Positions 1-10,230 are shown, counted from the stretch's first letter. The stretch is 64,000 nucleotides of DNA from Pseudomonas aeruginosa PAO1 (GCF_000006765.1 NC_002516.2); one strand, 5' to 3'. Program-made: numbers and translations. The notes: generated by a model from the letters alone, not told the origin.

Positions 1-2
1 TG

Positions 3-152
3 CGTGCCGGGCACTTCCGCGATACCTACGCGCAATGCCAGGTCTGGCGCCAGGGGCGACGGGTGGCGAACGTCGCGATCAACGCCTGGCAGACCACCCA
101 GGGCGAGCCCATCGCCACTGCGCGGGCGCATTTCAAGGTGGACGAGCCGTGA
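3..152 (+). CDS. 3' end of hotdog-fold (PaaI-like) thioesterase, truncated by window start
   Basis: Frame from 3 reads RAGHFRDTYAQCQVWRQGRRVANVAINAWQ...ATARAHFKVDEP*, resembling the C-terminal strands of PaaI-type thioesterases. Confidence 0.6.
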   Translation, partial: RAGHFRDTYAQCQVWRQGRRVANVAINAWQTTQGEPIATARAHFKVDEP

Positions 153-188
153 GCCGTACGCTGCGGAAAGTGGGCTGAGGATATCGCG

Positions 189-1418
189 ATGGATGCCTTG
201 CTGATTCTGGGCGGCCTGCTGCTGATGGTCGCCGGCTATATCTGGGTCATCGTCCTGGCCTTCGGTACCGGTCTGCTGTGGGGTTACGGCAGCCTTTTCC
301 CGCCGGTGGCGCTGGCCTATATCGGCGTGCACTGGCGTACGGCGCGCAAGGGCGTCGGGCTGGCCGCGCTGGGTTGCATCCCGCTGGTGGTCGGCCTGGC
401 GCTGCTGGCCAGTCACGACGCTGCGCGACTGGAGGCGATCCTCAGCCTGCGCTGGCTGAAGCCGGAGGCCAGGCCGCCGGCGGAACTGGCCATCGCGCTC
501 AGCGGGGAGTTCAACGGCAAGCCTTTCGCGCCGCAGAGCGGCGAGTTGATCGGCGGCGTGCTGAGCCTGCGCCAGGGGCACGATTTCTACGCCCAGCGCG
601 AGCTGCAGATCCGCCTTCCGGCACAGCCGCTCGGGGCGCTGCGCCTGGACGTGCTGCCCGAGGACGGCGGCGCGTTGCCAGAAGTCGAGCTGAGCTGGCT
701 GCAACCGGATCAGGACCTGCCCGAGGCGCGTCGTCTCCTGCGTGGCTATACCTTGCACCTGGACCTGCGGCCCAAGGCGCCGAACCGCCTGGAGGGCGAG
801 TTCCACCTGAGCCTGCCGAGCGACTACCGGACCACCCTCAGCGGCCACGTCGAGCTGTATACCGACCGGCTGCGCTATCGGCACGGCAAGGTCGACCTGG
901 GCTACGACTCCGACGATACCCTGGCCCTGGTCTTGCGCGACTATCTGCAGCGACGTTTCGCCAGCCGCGACGTCAGCCTCGTGCGGGCGCCGTCCTGGCG
1001 CGCGGCCAGCCATGCGCGGCCGCTGCGTATCGAGGCCCTGGTGGCCGGCCAGGCTCAGGTGCTGGAGCTGACGCTGGAGAAGAACGCCCGGCGGGAGTGG
1101 ACGGTGCGCGGCGACGCGTTCCCCGCCTTGCCGGCGGAGCCTGCGACCGTGGCCGCGGCGGCGCCGCCCGAGCCGCAGGCGCTGCCGGCGCCGGGCAACG
1201 CCACCCTCGACCTGGAGCTGGTCCAAGTCGAACCGCAGCGCTACAGCCAGCGCCTGGTCAAGGCCACTACGGTACGCGGGCGTATCGCCGAGGGCCGTTT
1301 CACCGGCCTCGACAGCGAGGGGCGCCTGGTGATCCGCCGGGAAATGCCCGGTGCGGGGGAGGCGAGCTACCTGTTGCGCCCGGCGGAGATCGCCCGTCTC
1401 GAACTGCTCGAACGCTAG
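189..1418 (+). CDS. Hypothetical membrane-anchored protein (409 aa; N-terminal TM segments, large soluble C-terminus)
   Basis: Long ORF with P. aeruginosa-like codon usage; hydrophobic first ~75 aa. Confidence 0.75.
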   Translation: MDALLILGGLLLMVAGYIWVIVLAFGTGLLWGYGSLFPPVALAYIGVHWRTARKGVGLAALGCIPLVVGLALLASHDAARLEAILSLRWLKPEARPPAELAIALSGEFNGKPFAPQSGELIGGVLSLRQGHDFYAQRELQIRLPAQPLGALRLDVLPEDGGALPEVELSWLQPDQDLPEARRLLRGYTLHLDLRPKAPNRLEGEFHLSLPSDYRTTLSGHVELYTDRLRYRHGKVDLGYDSDDTLALVLRDYLQRRFASRDVSLVRAPSWRAASHARPLRIEALVAGQAQVLELTLEKNARREWTVRGDAFPALPAEPATVAAAAPPEPQALPAPGNATLDLELVQVEPQRYSQRLVKATTVRGRIAEGRFTGLDSEGRLVIRREMPGAGEASYLLRPAEIARLELLER

Positions 1419-1422
1419 TCGT

Positions 1423-1445
1423 CGCACGATGGTGCGCGGTTTTTT
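1423..1445 (+). terminator. Possible weak intrinsic terminator
   Basis: CGCAC-GATG-GTGCG stem followed by CGG then TTTTTT, just after the stop at 1418. Confidence 0.35.
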
Positions 1446-1455
1446 CGCATAAGCG

Positions 1456-1484
1456 CTTGAAAAGCCGGAAGAAGGCCCCACCTA
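1456..1484 (+). promoter_or_regulatory. RpoH (sigma32) promoter of htpG
   Basis: CTTGAAA (1456-1462), 13-bp spacer, CCCCACCTA (1476-1484); matches the CTTGAAA-N13/14-CCCCATnT consensus upstream of a heat-shock gene. Confidence 0.85.
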
Positions 1485-1535
1485 GGGGACATCCGCCGTG
1501 GTACGCGGCTTATGTCATTGATGGAGCTTGGAGCG

Positions 1536-3440
1536 ATGAGCGTGGAAACCCAAAAAGAGACACTGGGCTTTCAGACTGAAGTGAAGCAACTGCTTCACCT
1601 GATGATTCATTCTCTCTATTCGAACAAGGAAATCTTCCTCCGCGAACTGATTTCCAACGCCTCGGACGCCGCCGACAAGCTGCGTTTCGAAGCCCTGGCC
1701 AATCCCGAGCTGCTCGAGGGCGGCGCCGAGCTGAAGATCCGCGTCAGCTTCGACAAGGAAGCCAACACCGTCACCCTGGAAGACAACGGCATCGGCATGA
1801 GCCGCGAGGATGTGGTGACTCACCTGGGCACCATCGCCAAGTCCGGGACCGCCGACTTCCTGAAGAACTTGTCTGGCGACCAGAAGAAGGATTCGCACCT
1901 GATCGGCCAGTTCGGCGTCGGTTTCTACAGCGCCTTCATCGTCGCCGACAAGGTCGATGTCTACTCCCGTCGCGCCGGCCAGCCGGCCAGCGAAGGCGTG
2001 CACTGGTCGTCGAAGGGCGAGGGCGAGTTCGACGTCGCCACCATCGACAAGCCCGAGCGCGGCACCCGCATCGTCCTCCACCTGAAAAAGGGCGAGGAGG
2101 AGTTCGCCGATGGCTGGCGCCTGCGCAACGTGATCAAGAAATACTCCGATCACATCGCTTTGCCGATCGAGCTACCCAAGGAATTCCACGGCGAAGAGGC
2201 CGACAAGCCGGCCGAGCCGGAATGGGAAACGGTCAACCGCGCCAGCGCGCTGTGGACCCGTCCGCGCGCCGAGGTGAAGGACGAGGAATACCAGGAGTTC
2301 TACAAGCACGTCGCCCATGACTTCGAGAACCCGCTGAGCTGGAGCCACAACAAGGTCGAAGGCAAGCTGGAATACACCTCGCTGCTCTACGTGCCGGGCC
2401 GCGCGCCGTTCGACCTGTACCATCGCGAAGCGCCGCGGGGCCTGAAGCTGTACGTACAGCGCGTGTTCATCATGGACCAGGCCGACGAGTTCCTGCCGCT
2501 GTACCTGCGCTTCATCAAGGGTGTGGTCGACTCCAACGACCTGTCGCTGAACGTCTCCCGGGAAATCCTGCAGAAGGATCCGGTGATCGACTCGATGAAG
2601 TCGGCGTTGACCAAGCGCGTGCTGGACATGCTGGAGAAGCTGGCGAAGAACGAGCCGGAGCAGTACAAGACCTTCTGGAAGAACTTCGGCCAGGTCCTCA
2701 AGGAAGGCCCGGCGGAAGACTTCGGCAACAAGGAGAAGATCGCCGGCCTGCTGCGCTTCGCCTCCACCGGCGACGATTCGGGCGAGCAGAGCGTAGCGCT
2801 GGCCGACTACATCGGTCGGATGAAGGAAGGCCAGGACAAGATCTACTACCTCACCGGCGAGAGCTACTCGCAGGTGAAGAACAGCCCGCACCTGGAAGTC
2901 TTCCGCAAGAAGGGCATCGAGGTGCTGCTGCTCACCGATCGCATCGACGAGTGGCTGATGAGCTACCTGCCGGAGTTCGACGGCAAGCAGTTCGTCGATG
3001 TCGCCCGCGGCGACCTGGACCTGGGCAGCCTGGACTCGGAAGAGGACAAGAAGGCCCAGGAAGAAGTCGCCAAGAGCAAGGAAGGCCTGATCGAGCGCCT
3101 GAAGAAGGTGCTCGACGAGCAGGTCAGCGAAGTCCGCGTTTCCCACCGCCTGACCGATTCGCCGGCGATCCTCGCCATCGGCGAACAGGACCTTGGCCTG
3201 CAGATGCGCCAGATCCTCGAGGCCAGCGGGCAGAAAGTGCCGGACTCGAAGCCGATCTTCGAGATCAACCCGCAGCATCCGCTGATCGAGAAGCTGGATG
3301 CGGAGCCGGACGAGGACCGCTTCGGCGAGCTGTCGCATATTCTCTTCGACCAGGCCGCCCTGGCCGCGGGGGACAGCCTCAAGGATCCGGGCGCCTACGT
3401 ACGCCGACTGAACAAGCTGCTGGTGGAGCTGTCCGCTTAA
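1536..3440 (+). CDS. htpG: Chaperone HtpG (Hsp90), 634 aa
   Basis: [40 protein letters not shown] and [10 protein letters not shown] motifs; GGAG RBS before ATG 1536. Confidence 0.98.
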   Translation: MSVETQKETLGFQTEVKQLLHLMIHSLYSNKEIFLRELISNASDAADKLRFEALANPELLEGGAELKIRVSFDKEANTVTLEDNGIGMSREDVVTHLGTIAKSGTADFLKNLSGDQKKDSHLIGQFGVGFYSAFIVADKVDVYSRRAGQPASEGVHWSSKGEGEFDVATIDKPERGTRIVLHLKKGEEEFADGWRLRNVIKKYSDHIALPIELPKEFHGEEADKPAEPEWETVNRASALWTRPRAEVKDEEYQEFYKHVAHDFENPLSWSHNKVEGKLEYTSLLYVPGRAPFDLYHREAPRGLKLYVQRVFIMDQADEFLPLYLRFIKGVVDSNDLSLNVSREILQKDPVIDSMKSALTKRVLDMLEKLAKNEPEQYKTFWKNFGQVLKEGPAEDFGNKEKIAGLLRFASTGDDSGEQSVALADYIGRMKEGQDKIYYLTGESYSQVKNSPHLEVFRKKGIEVLLLTDRIDEWLMSYLPEFDGKQFVDVARGDLDLGSLDSEEDKKAQEEVAKSKEGLIERLKKVLDEQVSEVRVSHRLTDSPAILAIGEQDLGLQMRQILEASGQKVPDSKPIFEINPQHPLIEKLDAEPDEDRFGELSHILFDQAALAAGDSLKDPGAYVRRLNKLLVELSA

Positions 3441-3451
3441 GCAGTAGCCCC

Positions 3452-3484
3452 GACAAAGCCCGCTTCGGCGGGCTTTGTCTTTTC
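3452..3484 (+). terminator. Rho-independent terminator of htpG
   Basis: GACAAAGCCCGC-TTCG-GCGGGCTTTGTC followed by TTTT. Confidence 0.9.
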
Positions 3485-3507
3485 CAACTCTCGCAGGAGC
3501 AGTACCC

Positions 3508-4233
3508 ATGAGTGAGATTCGTGTAGAGCCGGTCGCCTACGACATCGATGGGCAGCCGTACGAAGGTCAACTGGTGTACGACGCCAGCCACGCGGGGCCG
3601 CGCCCGGGCCTGCTGATGGCGCCGAACTGGATGGGCGTGAGCGCCGCCGCGCTGGACATCGCCCGGCAGGTCGCCGGCCGTGGGCACGTGGTGCTGGTGG
3701 CGGACCTCTACGGCAGGGACGTGCGTCCGCAGAACGGCGACGAGGCGGGCGCGGCGATGATGCCGCTGAAGAACGACCGGGCCCTGCTGCGCAAGCGCAT
3801 GCAGGCAGCGCTGGCGGCCTTGCGCGGACAGGCGCTCGCGGCTGTCGATACGACCCGCCAGGCTGCCTTCGGTTTCTGCTTCGGCGGTTGCTGCGCGCTG
3901 GAGCTGGCTCGCGACGGCGCCGAGCTGAAGGCCTTCGTGTCCTTCCATGGCACCCTGGATACGCCGGACCCGGCGCATGCCAGGAACATCAAGGGCGCGG
4001 TACTGGTCCTCGACGGTGCCTCCGATCCGCTGGTGCCGCGCGAGCAGTTGCCGGCCTTCGCCAGGGAGATGACCGATGCCGGCGTCGACTGGCAGCTCAC
4101 CAGCTACGGCGGCGCGGTGCATTCCTTCACCGATCCGAACGCCAAGCTGCCGGGCAAGATGCACTATGACGCCAGGACCTCCCGGCGTGCCTTCCAGGCG
4201 ATGGACGACCTGCTGGCGGAAGTCTTCGCCTGA
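3508..4233 (+). CDS. Dienelactone hydrolase family protein
   Basis: GFCFGG nucleophile elbow, DPLV and HSFT catalytic motifs; AGGAG RBS. Confidence 0.9.
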   Translation: MSEIRVEPVAYDIDGQPYEGQLVYDASHAGPRPGLLMAPNWMGVSAAALDIARQVAGRGHVVLVADLYGRDVRPQNGDEAGAAMMPLKNDRALLRKRMQAALAALRGQALAAVDTTRQAAFGFCFGGCCALELARDGAELKAFVSFHGTLDTPDPAHARNIKGAVLVLDGASDPLVPREQLPAFAREMTDAGVDWQLTSYGGAVHSFTDPNAKLPGKMHYDARTSRRAFQAMDDLLAEVFA

Positions 4234-4243
4234 GACCGCCGGC

Positions 4244-5065
4244 TCACTCGCGCATGGCGAAGCAATGCCTGGCCTCGGGGAAGCGCCGTTCGCGCACGTC
4301 CTCGGCGAAGCGCCGGGCCGCCTCGTCGATTTCCCGGTCGAGGCGCGCGTAGCGTTCGACGAAGCGCGGTACCTGTTCGCCGCTTAGCCCGAGCAGGTCC
4401 TCGCTGACCAGTACCTGGCCGTCGCAGGCCGGCGAGGCGCCGATACCGATGCAGGGGATCGCCAGTTCTTCGCTAAGGCGACGGGCCAGCGGCTCGCCTA
4501 CGCCTTCGATGACCACCGCGAAGGCGCCGCCGCGCTGCATGGCGAGGCCGTCGCGGCGTACCCGTTCTGCGCTTTCCGGGTCACGCCCCTGGGCCTTGAA
4601 GCCGCCCATGGCGTTGACCTGCTGCGGCATCAGGCCGATATGGGCGAGCACCGGTATGCCACGGCGTACCAGGAAGTCCACGGTTTCTTCCATTTCCTCA
4701 CCGCCTTCCAGCTTCACCGCCTGGGCGCCGCTGTCGGCCAGCAGGCGTGCGGCGTTGCGGAACGCCTGTCGGGGCGATTCCTGGTAGCTGGCGAACGGCA
4801 AGTCGGCCACCACGCAGGCGCGCCGACTGCCGCGCATCACCGCCAGGGTGTGGGCGACCATCATCTCCAGGCTCACTCCCAGGGTGCTGGGCATGCCATA
4901 GAGCACCATGCCCAGCGAATCGCCGACCAGCAGCAGGTCGGCATGCGGATCGAGGAGGCGGGCCATGGGCGTGCTGTAGGCGGTCAGCGCCACCAGGCTG
5001 CCGGCACCCTTGCGGCGCTGGATATCGGGAACGGACAGGCGATGTTGCGGGCGATGACTGCTCAT
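4244..5065 (-). CDS. panB: 3-methyl-2-oxobutanoate hydroxymethyltransferase (PanB paralog)
   Basis: [27 protein letters not shown] and HIGLMPQ motifs. Confidence 0.93.
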
Positions 5066-5145
5066 GGCGTGGCTCCGGTTTGTCTATGGGGAGCCACACG
5101 CTACCATCGGCCGCGCACCGCTCACTCGACGGATGGGGACAACCG

Positions 5146-5928
5146 ATGCCGCAAACGGGACAAGAACGCGACCTGCCGCGATTCCGCAGCCTGCCCTGCG
5201 CGGTGTACCTGCGCGCCTTCGAGATGCCCGCCGGGCACCGGGTGGAGATGCACGACCACCCCTGGGGCCAACTGATGTACGCCGCCAGCGGCACCTTGCG
5301 CGCCAGCACCGAGCGGCACAGCTATCTGGTGCCGGCGCAGCGGGCGCTGTGGATTCCGCCGGGCGTCCGGCACGCCGCGGAGGCTTGCAACCCTGTGCTG
5401 TTCCGCAGTCTCTACCTGGATCGTTCGCTGCCCGGCGGTTGCCGGGTACTGGAGGTGTCCGGCCTGCTGCGCGAACTGTTGCTGCGGGCGGCGGAGTTTC
5501 CCCGTGAATATCCGCCGGGTGGCGAGGCCGAGCGTCTCATGCAGGTGGTCGCCGATGAGGTCGGGCGCCTTCGCGAGGCGCCGCTGAACCTGCCGTTGCC
5601 TGGCGACCCGCGCTTGCGCCGGATCACCGACGCGCTACAGGCGGATCCCGCCGATCCGCGCGGCATCTCGGATTGGGCGGGACTGGTGGGGGCGTCCCGA
5701 CGGACCCTGGCGCGGTTGTTCCGCGAGCAGACCCAGTTGTCGTTTCGCGAGTGGCGCCAGCGCCTGCGTCTGCTCAACGCGGTCGCCGCGCTGGAGGAGG
5801 GCGCCAGCGTGACGCGGGTGGCCAGCGACCTTGGCTACGACTCCACCTCGGCGTTCATCAGCCTGTTCCAGCGTCATTTCGGCCAGACCCCCGGTTGCTT
5901 CGCCCGCTCCCTGCGCTTGCCCAACTGA
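5146..5928 (+). CDS. AraC-family regulator with cupin sensor domain
   Basis: HDHPWGQL cupin motif; C-terminal SFREWRQRLRL...LGYDSTSAFISLF HTH; divergent from panB. Confidence 0.9.
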   Translation: MPQTGQERDLPRFRSLPCAVYLRAFEMPAGHRVEMHDHPWGQLMYAASGTLRASTERHSYLVPAQRALWIPPGVRHAAEACNPVLFRSLYLDRSLPGGCRVLEVSGLLRELLLRAAEFPREYPPGGEAERLMQVVADEVGRLREAPLNLPLPGDPRLRRITDALQADPADPRGISDWAGLVGASRRTLARLFREQTQLSFREWRQRLRLLNAVAALEEGASVTRVASDLGYDSTSAFISLFQRHFGQTPGCFARSLRLPN

Positions 5929-5938
5929 GCCGCTTGCT

Positions 5939-7240
5939 TCAGGGCGCCGCCTGTCGGCGCAGGCTTGCCGCCTTGGCCGCGAGGTCCGGCCAGGCGGGCT
6001 TGCCGGCGAAACGCTCGCGCAGGTAGTTGGCCAGGGTGGCGACTTGCCGGTCGTCGAGGCTGTGGCGGAAGCCGGGCATATAGCCGAGGTCGCCGGTGGC
6101 CGGGCTGTGGATGCCGTCGAGGATGATCCGCAGCAGGTTGTCCGGGCTGTCCGCATGCACATTGCTGTTCAGCGCCAGGGATGGACGCACGCCGAAGAAG
6201 CGCGGTCCGTCGCCGTCATGGTGGCAGGCCAGGCAGGCCCCGGCGAACAGGCGCGCGCCGCTGCCGCTGGGCGGTTGCACGCGGCCGTAGCCCTGCCGGT
6301 CGAGGCGTTGCGCCTGTTGCTGATCGGTTTCCCCGGCCGGGGCAGCGGCGTAGGACGCAAGGTAATGGGCCAGGGCCCGCAGGTCCTCGTCCGGCTGCTT
6401 GGCCAGGCCTTCGCCGACCACTGGCGCCATCGGCCCGCTGGCGACCCCGTGGTAGGCCGAATAGCCGTGGCGGAGGTAGGCGTAGAGGGCCTCCTCGCTC
6501 CAGGCGATGGGCGCCGGCGAACTGGCGTTCAAGGCTGGCGCGGTCCAGCCCTCCGCCTCGCCGCCGGCGAAGTGCGCGCTGCCGGACTTTTCCGCGCCGA
6601 GCGCATTGCGCGGCGAGTGGCAGGCGCTGCAATGGCCGAGGCCTTCGGCGAGATAGGCGCCGCGGTTCCATTGCTGGTTGCGCGTCGGCTCGTCGCGGTA
6701 GGCGCCGGGGTCCAGGAACAGCAGGTTCCAGCCGGCCATCAGCTGGCGTTGGTCGAAGGGGAACGGCAGCTGGTTGGCAGGCGTTTCGCTGTGCACCGCC
6801 GGCTGGCTCATCAGGTAGGCGTACAGGGCCTTCAGGTCTTCGTCGCGAGTCCTGGTGAAGGCGGTGTAAGGGAACGCCGGATACAGGTAGCTGCCGTCGC
6901 GGGCCACGCCATGCCGCATGGCCCGCTCGAAGGCGGGGTAGGACCAGCCACCGATGCCGCTCGCGCGATCCGGCGTGAGGTTGCTGCTGTAGATCGTCCC
7001 GAACGGCGTCGGCAAGGCCCGTCCGCCGGCGTTGCGCGGGCCGCCTTCGCGAGTGTGGCAGACCGCGCAGTCGCCGAGGGCGGCGAGGCGTTCGCCGCGG
7101 GCGATCTGCTCGGCGCTGAAGGGACCGGGTGTGCCTTCCAGTGGCGCGATGGCCGGTTGCCAGGCGTAGCCGAGGGCGATGGCGGCGAGCGCGACGAGGC
7201 TGCCGGAGGCCCAGAGGCCGATACGTGTTGCCTTCTTCAT
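5939..7240 (-). CDS. Tri-heme cytochrome c subunit (NicB C-terminal-like), membrane anchored
   Basis: Three CXXCH motifs (CAVCH, CSACH, CLACH); N-terminal TM anchor. Confidence 0.93.
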   Translation of the reverse strand: MKKATRIGLWASGSLVALAAIALGYAWQPAIAPLEGTPGPFSAEQIARGERLAALGDCAVCHTREGGPRNAGGRALPTPFGTIYSSNLTPDRASGIGGWSYPAFERAMRHGVARDGSYLYPAFPYTAFTRTRDEDLKALYAYLMSQPAVHSETPANQLPFPFDQRQLMAGWNLLFLDPGAYRDEPTRNQQWNRGAYLAEGLGHCSACHSPRNALGAEKSGSAHFAGGEAEGWTAPALNASSPAPIAWSEEALYAYLRHGYSAYHGVASGPMAPVVGEGLAKQPDEDLRALAHYLASYAAAPAGETDQQQAQRLDRQGYGRVQPPSGSGARLFAGACLACHHDGDGPRFFGVRPSLALNSNVHADSPDNLLRIILDGIHSPATGDLGYMPGFRHSLDDRQVATLANYLRERFAGKPAWPDLAAKAASLRRQAAP

Positions 7241-7289
7241 CTGTCAGTCATCCACTGCGCGGGGCGCCGCGGCGCCCCGGGGAAAAGGA

Positions 7290-9536
7290 TCAGGCCCGCG
7301 CGCTGCGCAGCGCCGCGAGTACGCGTTCCGGAGTGAACGGCACCTGTCGCAGGCGCGCCCCGGTAGCGTCGAAGATCGCATTGGCGATGGCCGCGGCGCT
7401 GGGCACCGAGGCTGACTCGCCAGCGCCCATCGGTGGCTGCTCGGGGCGGTCGAGCAGCAGCACGTCGATCTCCGGCAGTTCGGGGAAGCCGAGGATCGGG
7501 TAGCCGCCCCATTCCAGGCTGGTGACGCCGCGGCGGTCGAAGGTGGCGAACTCCTTGAGTACCCGGCTGGTGGACTGGATGACGTTGCCGTGGACCTGGT
7601 GCCTGACCCCATCGGGATTGACCATCTGCCCGCAGTCATGGGCGACCCAGACCTTGGCGACGCGCACCGCGCCGTTCTCCGGGTTCACCTCGACGTCGAC
7701 GATCCAGGCGGCCCAGGCGGCGCCGAAACCGGGAAACTTGCTGTGGAAGTAGCGCGCATAGGCGAAGCCGCGTCCCTTCAGCACGCCGTCCCGGCGCGCC
7801 TCTGGGTTGGGGGAGGTGCGTGGCTGCCAGCCGGCGCGGGCGACCAGGGCGTCGATCAGCGCCAGGGCGCGCTGGTCGTCCAGGTAGCGGCGGCGGAAGG
7901 CGATGGGGTCGATGCCGGCCAGGTGCGCCAGTTCGTCGACGTAGGACTCATGGGCGAACACGTTCGGCAGCGCCGAGACGCCGCGCATCCAGGACGCGCG
8001 GACGATGGGGGCGGCGTCGTTGGCCACCACCCGCATCCGCGGGTAGCGGTATTGCGGGATCGCGGTGCGGTCGCCCATGTCGGCCACCTGCGGGGTGGCC
8101 GGGATCCGCCCGGTGAGGAGCAGGGCCAGGGTCGGCGCGCCGTTGGAGGGGTAGCAGGTGGCGAAGTCGTAGGCCGCCACCCGGCCTTGCTCGTCGAGAC
8201 CGCCGCGGACCTCGATCAGTTGCGCGGTGCCTTTCGGTTCCCAGCCATGTTCCTGTTCGCGCATCAGTTGTACCCGCACCGGCCGGCCCACCGTCTGCGC
8301 CAGGAGCACGGCGTCGGCGCTGACGTCGTCGGCGCCGTTGCGTCCGTAGCAGCCGGCGGCTTCCATGCGGATCACCTCGATGTCCCCGGTCTCGCGCTGC
8401 AGCAGCCTGGCCAGGTCGTTGCGCAGGTCGTGCGGGTTCTGCGTGCCGGACCAGACGCGAGCGCGCTGCGCATCGACCTCGGCGAGGGCGCAGGAAGGGC
8501 CGATGGAGGCGTGCAACTGGTAGGGCCAGACATAGGTGGCCGACAGCGGCCGGGCGATGCCCGCGAGGTGCTGCTCGAGACCGGGTGAGTCGTGCAGCGT
8601 GCGTGGCTTCTTCGGATGCCGGCGAAGCGTGTCCTCGAGCCGGTCGGGTTCCAGCGGCGGCAGGCCCTGCCAGTCCTTCCAGCGCACCTTGAGCTGGCGC
8701 GCGGCGCGGATCGCCTGCTCCTCGCGTTCGCAGACCACGCCGACGAAGTCGCCGATCACGACCACCTTGACCAGCCCCGGCAGCCCGGCGACCGAGCTTT
8801 CGTCCACCGCCAGCAGGCCGCTGCCGAGCGGGGCGCTGACATCCGCGCCGGTATAGGGCGGGCGTACCACTCGCCCATGCAGCATGCCGGGCAAGCGCAT
8901 GTCGTGGACATAGGTCAGTTGACCGGTCAGCTTCGCCGGGATGTCCACCCGACGCACCGGCTTGCCGACCAGACGGTACTCGCTGCGCGGCTTGAGCGGC
9001 GCCTTGCCGTCGATGTTCAGGTTGAAGCGCTGGCCTCGCAGCAACTCGCCGTAGCCGATCCGTCGCTGCGGATTGGCGGCGGCGAAGACCTGGCCGTTTT
9101 CGCTGCGCAGGCTGTCCGGATGCACCGGGAAATGGCTTCCGGCCTGACGCAGGAGGAAGCGCCGGGCTTCGGCGGCGGCCTGGCGCAGCGGCACGGCGCT
9201 GACCTGGATGCTGGCGCTGGCGATGGTCGGCCCCTGGTCCGGTGTGCGACGGGTGTCGCCGAGGATCATCTCGACCTGCTCGAACGCGACGTCCAACTCT
9301 TCGGCGACAATCTGCGCCAGTGCCGTGCGGATGCCGGTACCAAGGTCGACGTGGCCGCAGAAGGCGGTGACCTTGCCGTCCGCGGCAATGGCGATGAACG
9401 AGTCGACCTGGTCCAGCGGCAGGTCGGTGGCGCCCTGCTCGGCAAGGGCGAGCAGCGGGGCGGGCAGGTTGACGGTGACCAGCAGCAGGCCGCCGGCCTT
9501 GAGGAAGCCGCGTCGCGAGGGATTGGCCAGGCTCAT
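7290..9536 (-). CDS. Molybdopterin-binding large subunit, xanthine oxidase family (NicB N-terminal-like), Tat signal
   Basis: Starts MSLANPSRRGFLK; HVDLGTG, MEAAGCYGRN, WMRGVS and MGAGES motifs; ATGA overlap with the upstream 2Fe-2S gene. Confidence 0.92.
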   Translation of the reverse strand: MSLANPSRRGFLKAGGLLLVTVNLPAPLLALAEQGATDLPLDQVDSFIAIAADGKVTAFCGHVDLGTGIRTALAQIVAEELDVAFEQVEMILGDTRRTPDQGPTIASASIQVSAVPLRQAAAEARRFLLRQAGSHFPVHPDSLRSENGQVFAAANPQRRIGYGELLRGQRFNLNIDGKAPLKPRSEYRLVGKPVRRVDIPAKLTGQLTYVHDMRLPGMLHGRVVRPPYTGADVSAPLGSGLLAVDESSVAGLPGLVKVVVIGDFVGVVCEREEQAIRAARQLKVRWKDWQGLPPLEPDRLEDTLRRHPKKPRTLHDSPGLEQHLAGIARPLSATYVWPYQLHASIGPSCALAEVDAQRARVWSGTQNPHDLRNDLARLLQRETGDIEVIRMEAAGCYGRNGADDVSADAVLLAQTVGRPVRVQLMREQEHGWEPKGTAQLIEVRGGLDEQGRVAAYDFATCYPSNGAPTLALLLTGRIPATPQVADMGDRTAIPQYRYPRMRVVANDAAPIVRASWMRGVSALPNVFAHESYVDELAHLAGIDPIAFRRRYLDDQRALALIDALVARAGWQPRTSPNPEARRDGVLKGRGFAYARYFHSKFPGFGAAWAAWIVDVEVNPENGAVRVAKVWVAHDCGQMVNPDGVRHQVHGNVIQSTSRVLKEFATFDRRGVTSLEWGGYPILGFPELPEIDVLLLDRPEQPPMGAGESASVPSAAAIANAIFDATGARLRQVPFTPERVLAALRSARA

Positions 9537-10024
9537 GCCGGGTGCTCCTCCTGATGCTCCTTCAGGCTCTCGGCGGCACGCCGCACGGCCTTGAGAATCT
9601 CCACATGGGTGCCGCAGCGACACAGGTTGTAGGCCAGTTCCTGGCGGATCTCGCCGTCGCTGGGGTTCGGGTTGCGATCCAGCAACGCCTTGGCGGTCAT
9701 CACCATGCCGTTGATGCAGTAGCCGCATTGGGCGGCCTGTTCGTCGATGAAGGCCTGTTGCAGCGGATGGGGATGGGCGGCATCGCCGAGTCCTTCGAGG
9801 GTAACCACCCGGCGGCCTACGGCGGCCTCCACCGGGGTGATGCAGGAGCGGGTGGCGACGCCATCCATCAGCACGGTGCAGGCGCCGCACTCGCCGAGGC
9901 CGCAGCCGAACTTGGGACCGTTCAGTTGCAGGTCGTTGCGCAGGACATAGAGCAGGGGGGTATCGGGGGCGACATCGAGGCGCAGGGACTGACCGTTGAC
10001 GGTCAGGGCAAGGGCATCGCTCAT
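9533..10024 (-). CDS. [2Fe-2S] small subunit (NicA/CoxS-like)
   Basis: GCGLGECGAC, QCGYC and NLCRCGTH cysteine motifs. Confidence 0.93.
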   Translation of the reverse strand: MSDALALTVNGQSLRLDVAPDTPLLYVLRNDLQLNGPKFGCGLGECGACTVLMDGVATRSCITPVEAAVGRRVVTLEGLGDAAHPHPLQQAFIDEQAAQCGYCINGMVMTAKALLDRNPNPSDGEIRQELAYNLCRCGTHVEILKAVRRAAESLKEHQEEHPA

Positions 10025-10113
10025 GGCGGTTTCTCCCCATGCCGGGGGCATGGCTGTTCATCAGGCGGATATCCCGTCAGCCGTGCCTGGTAGCATGCGG
10101 CTATGCGGGAATT

Positions 10114-10129
10114 TGTTTGTATACAAACA
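10114..10129. promoter_or_regulatory. Perfect 16-bp palindrome, candidate operator of the molybdoenzyme operon
   Basis: TGTTTGTATACAAACA in an AT-rich patch ~90 nt upstream of the 2Fe-2S gene start. Confidence 0.7.
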
Positions 10130-10230
10130 TGTTATGAACGCCTGCGGCGAACTGTCAATGGCAGGCCGCTACGACGAAAGGCGCAGCTCCGGGCGACGCA
10201 ACGCGGACAAAAGGATAGACCGCAATGGCC

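Noticed and set aside
1512-1535. Upstream ATG extending HtpG to 642 aa
   Set aside because: The ATG at 1536 has the GGAG RBS and matches the family N-terminus.
7290-10061. 923-aa ORF suggesting a longer Mo subunit
   Set aside because: The extra N-terminus overlaps the 2Fe-2S gene out of frame; the real start is the ATG at 9536 with a Tat motif.
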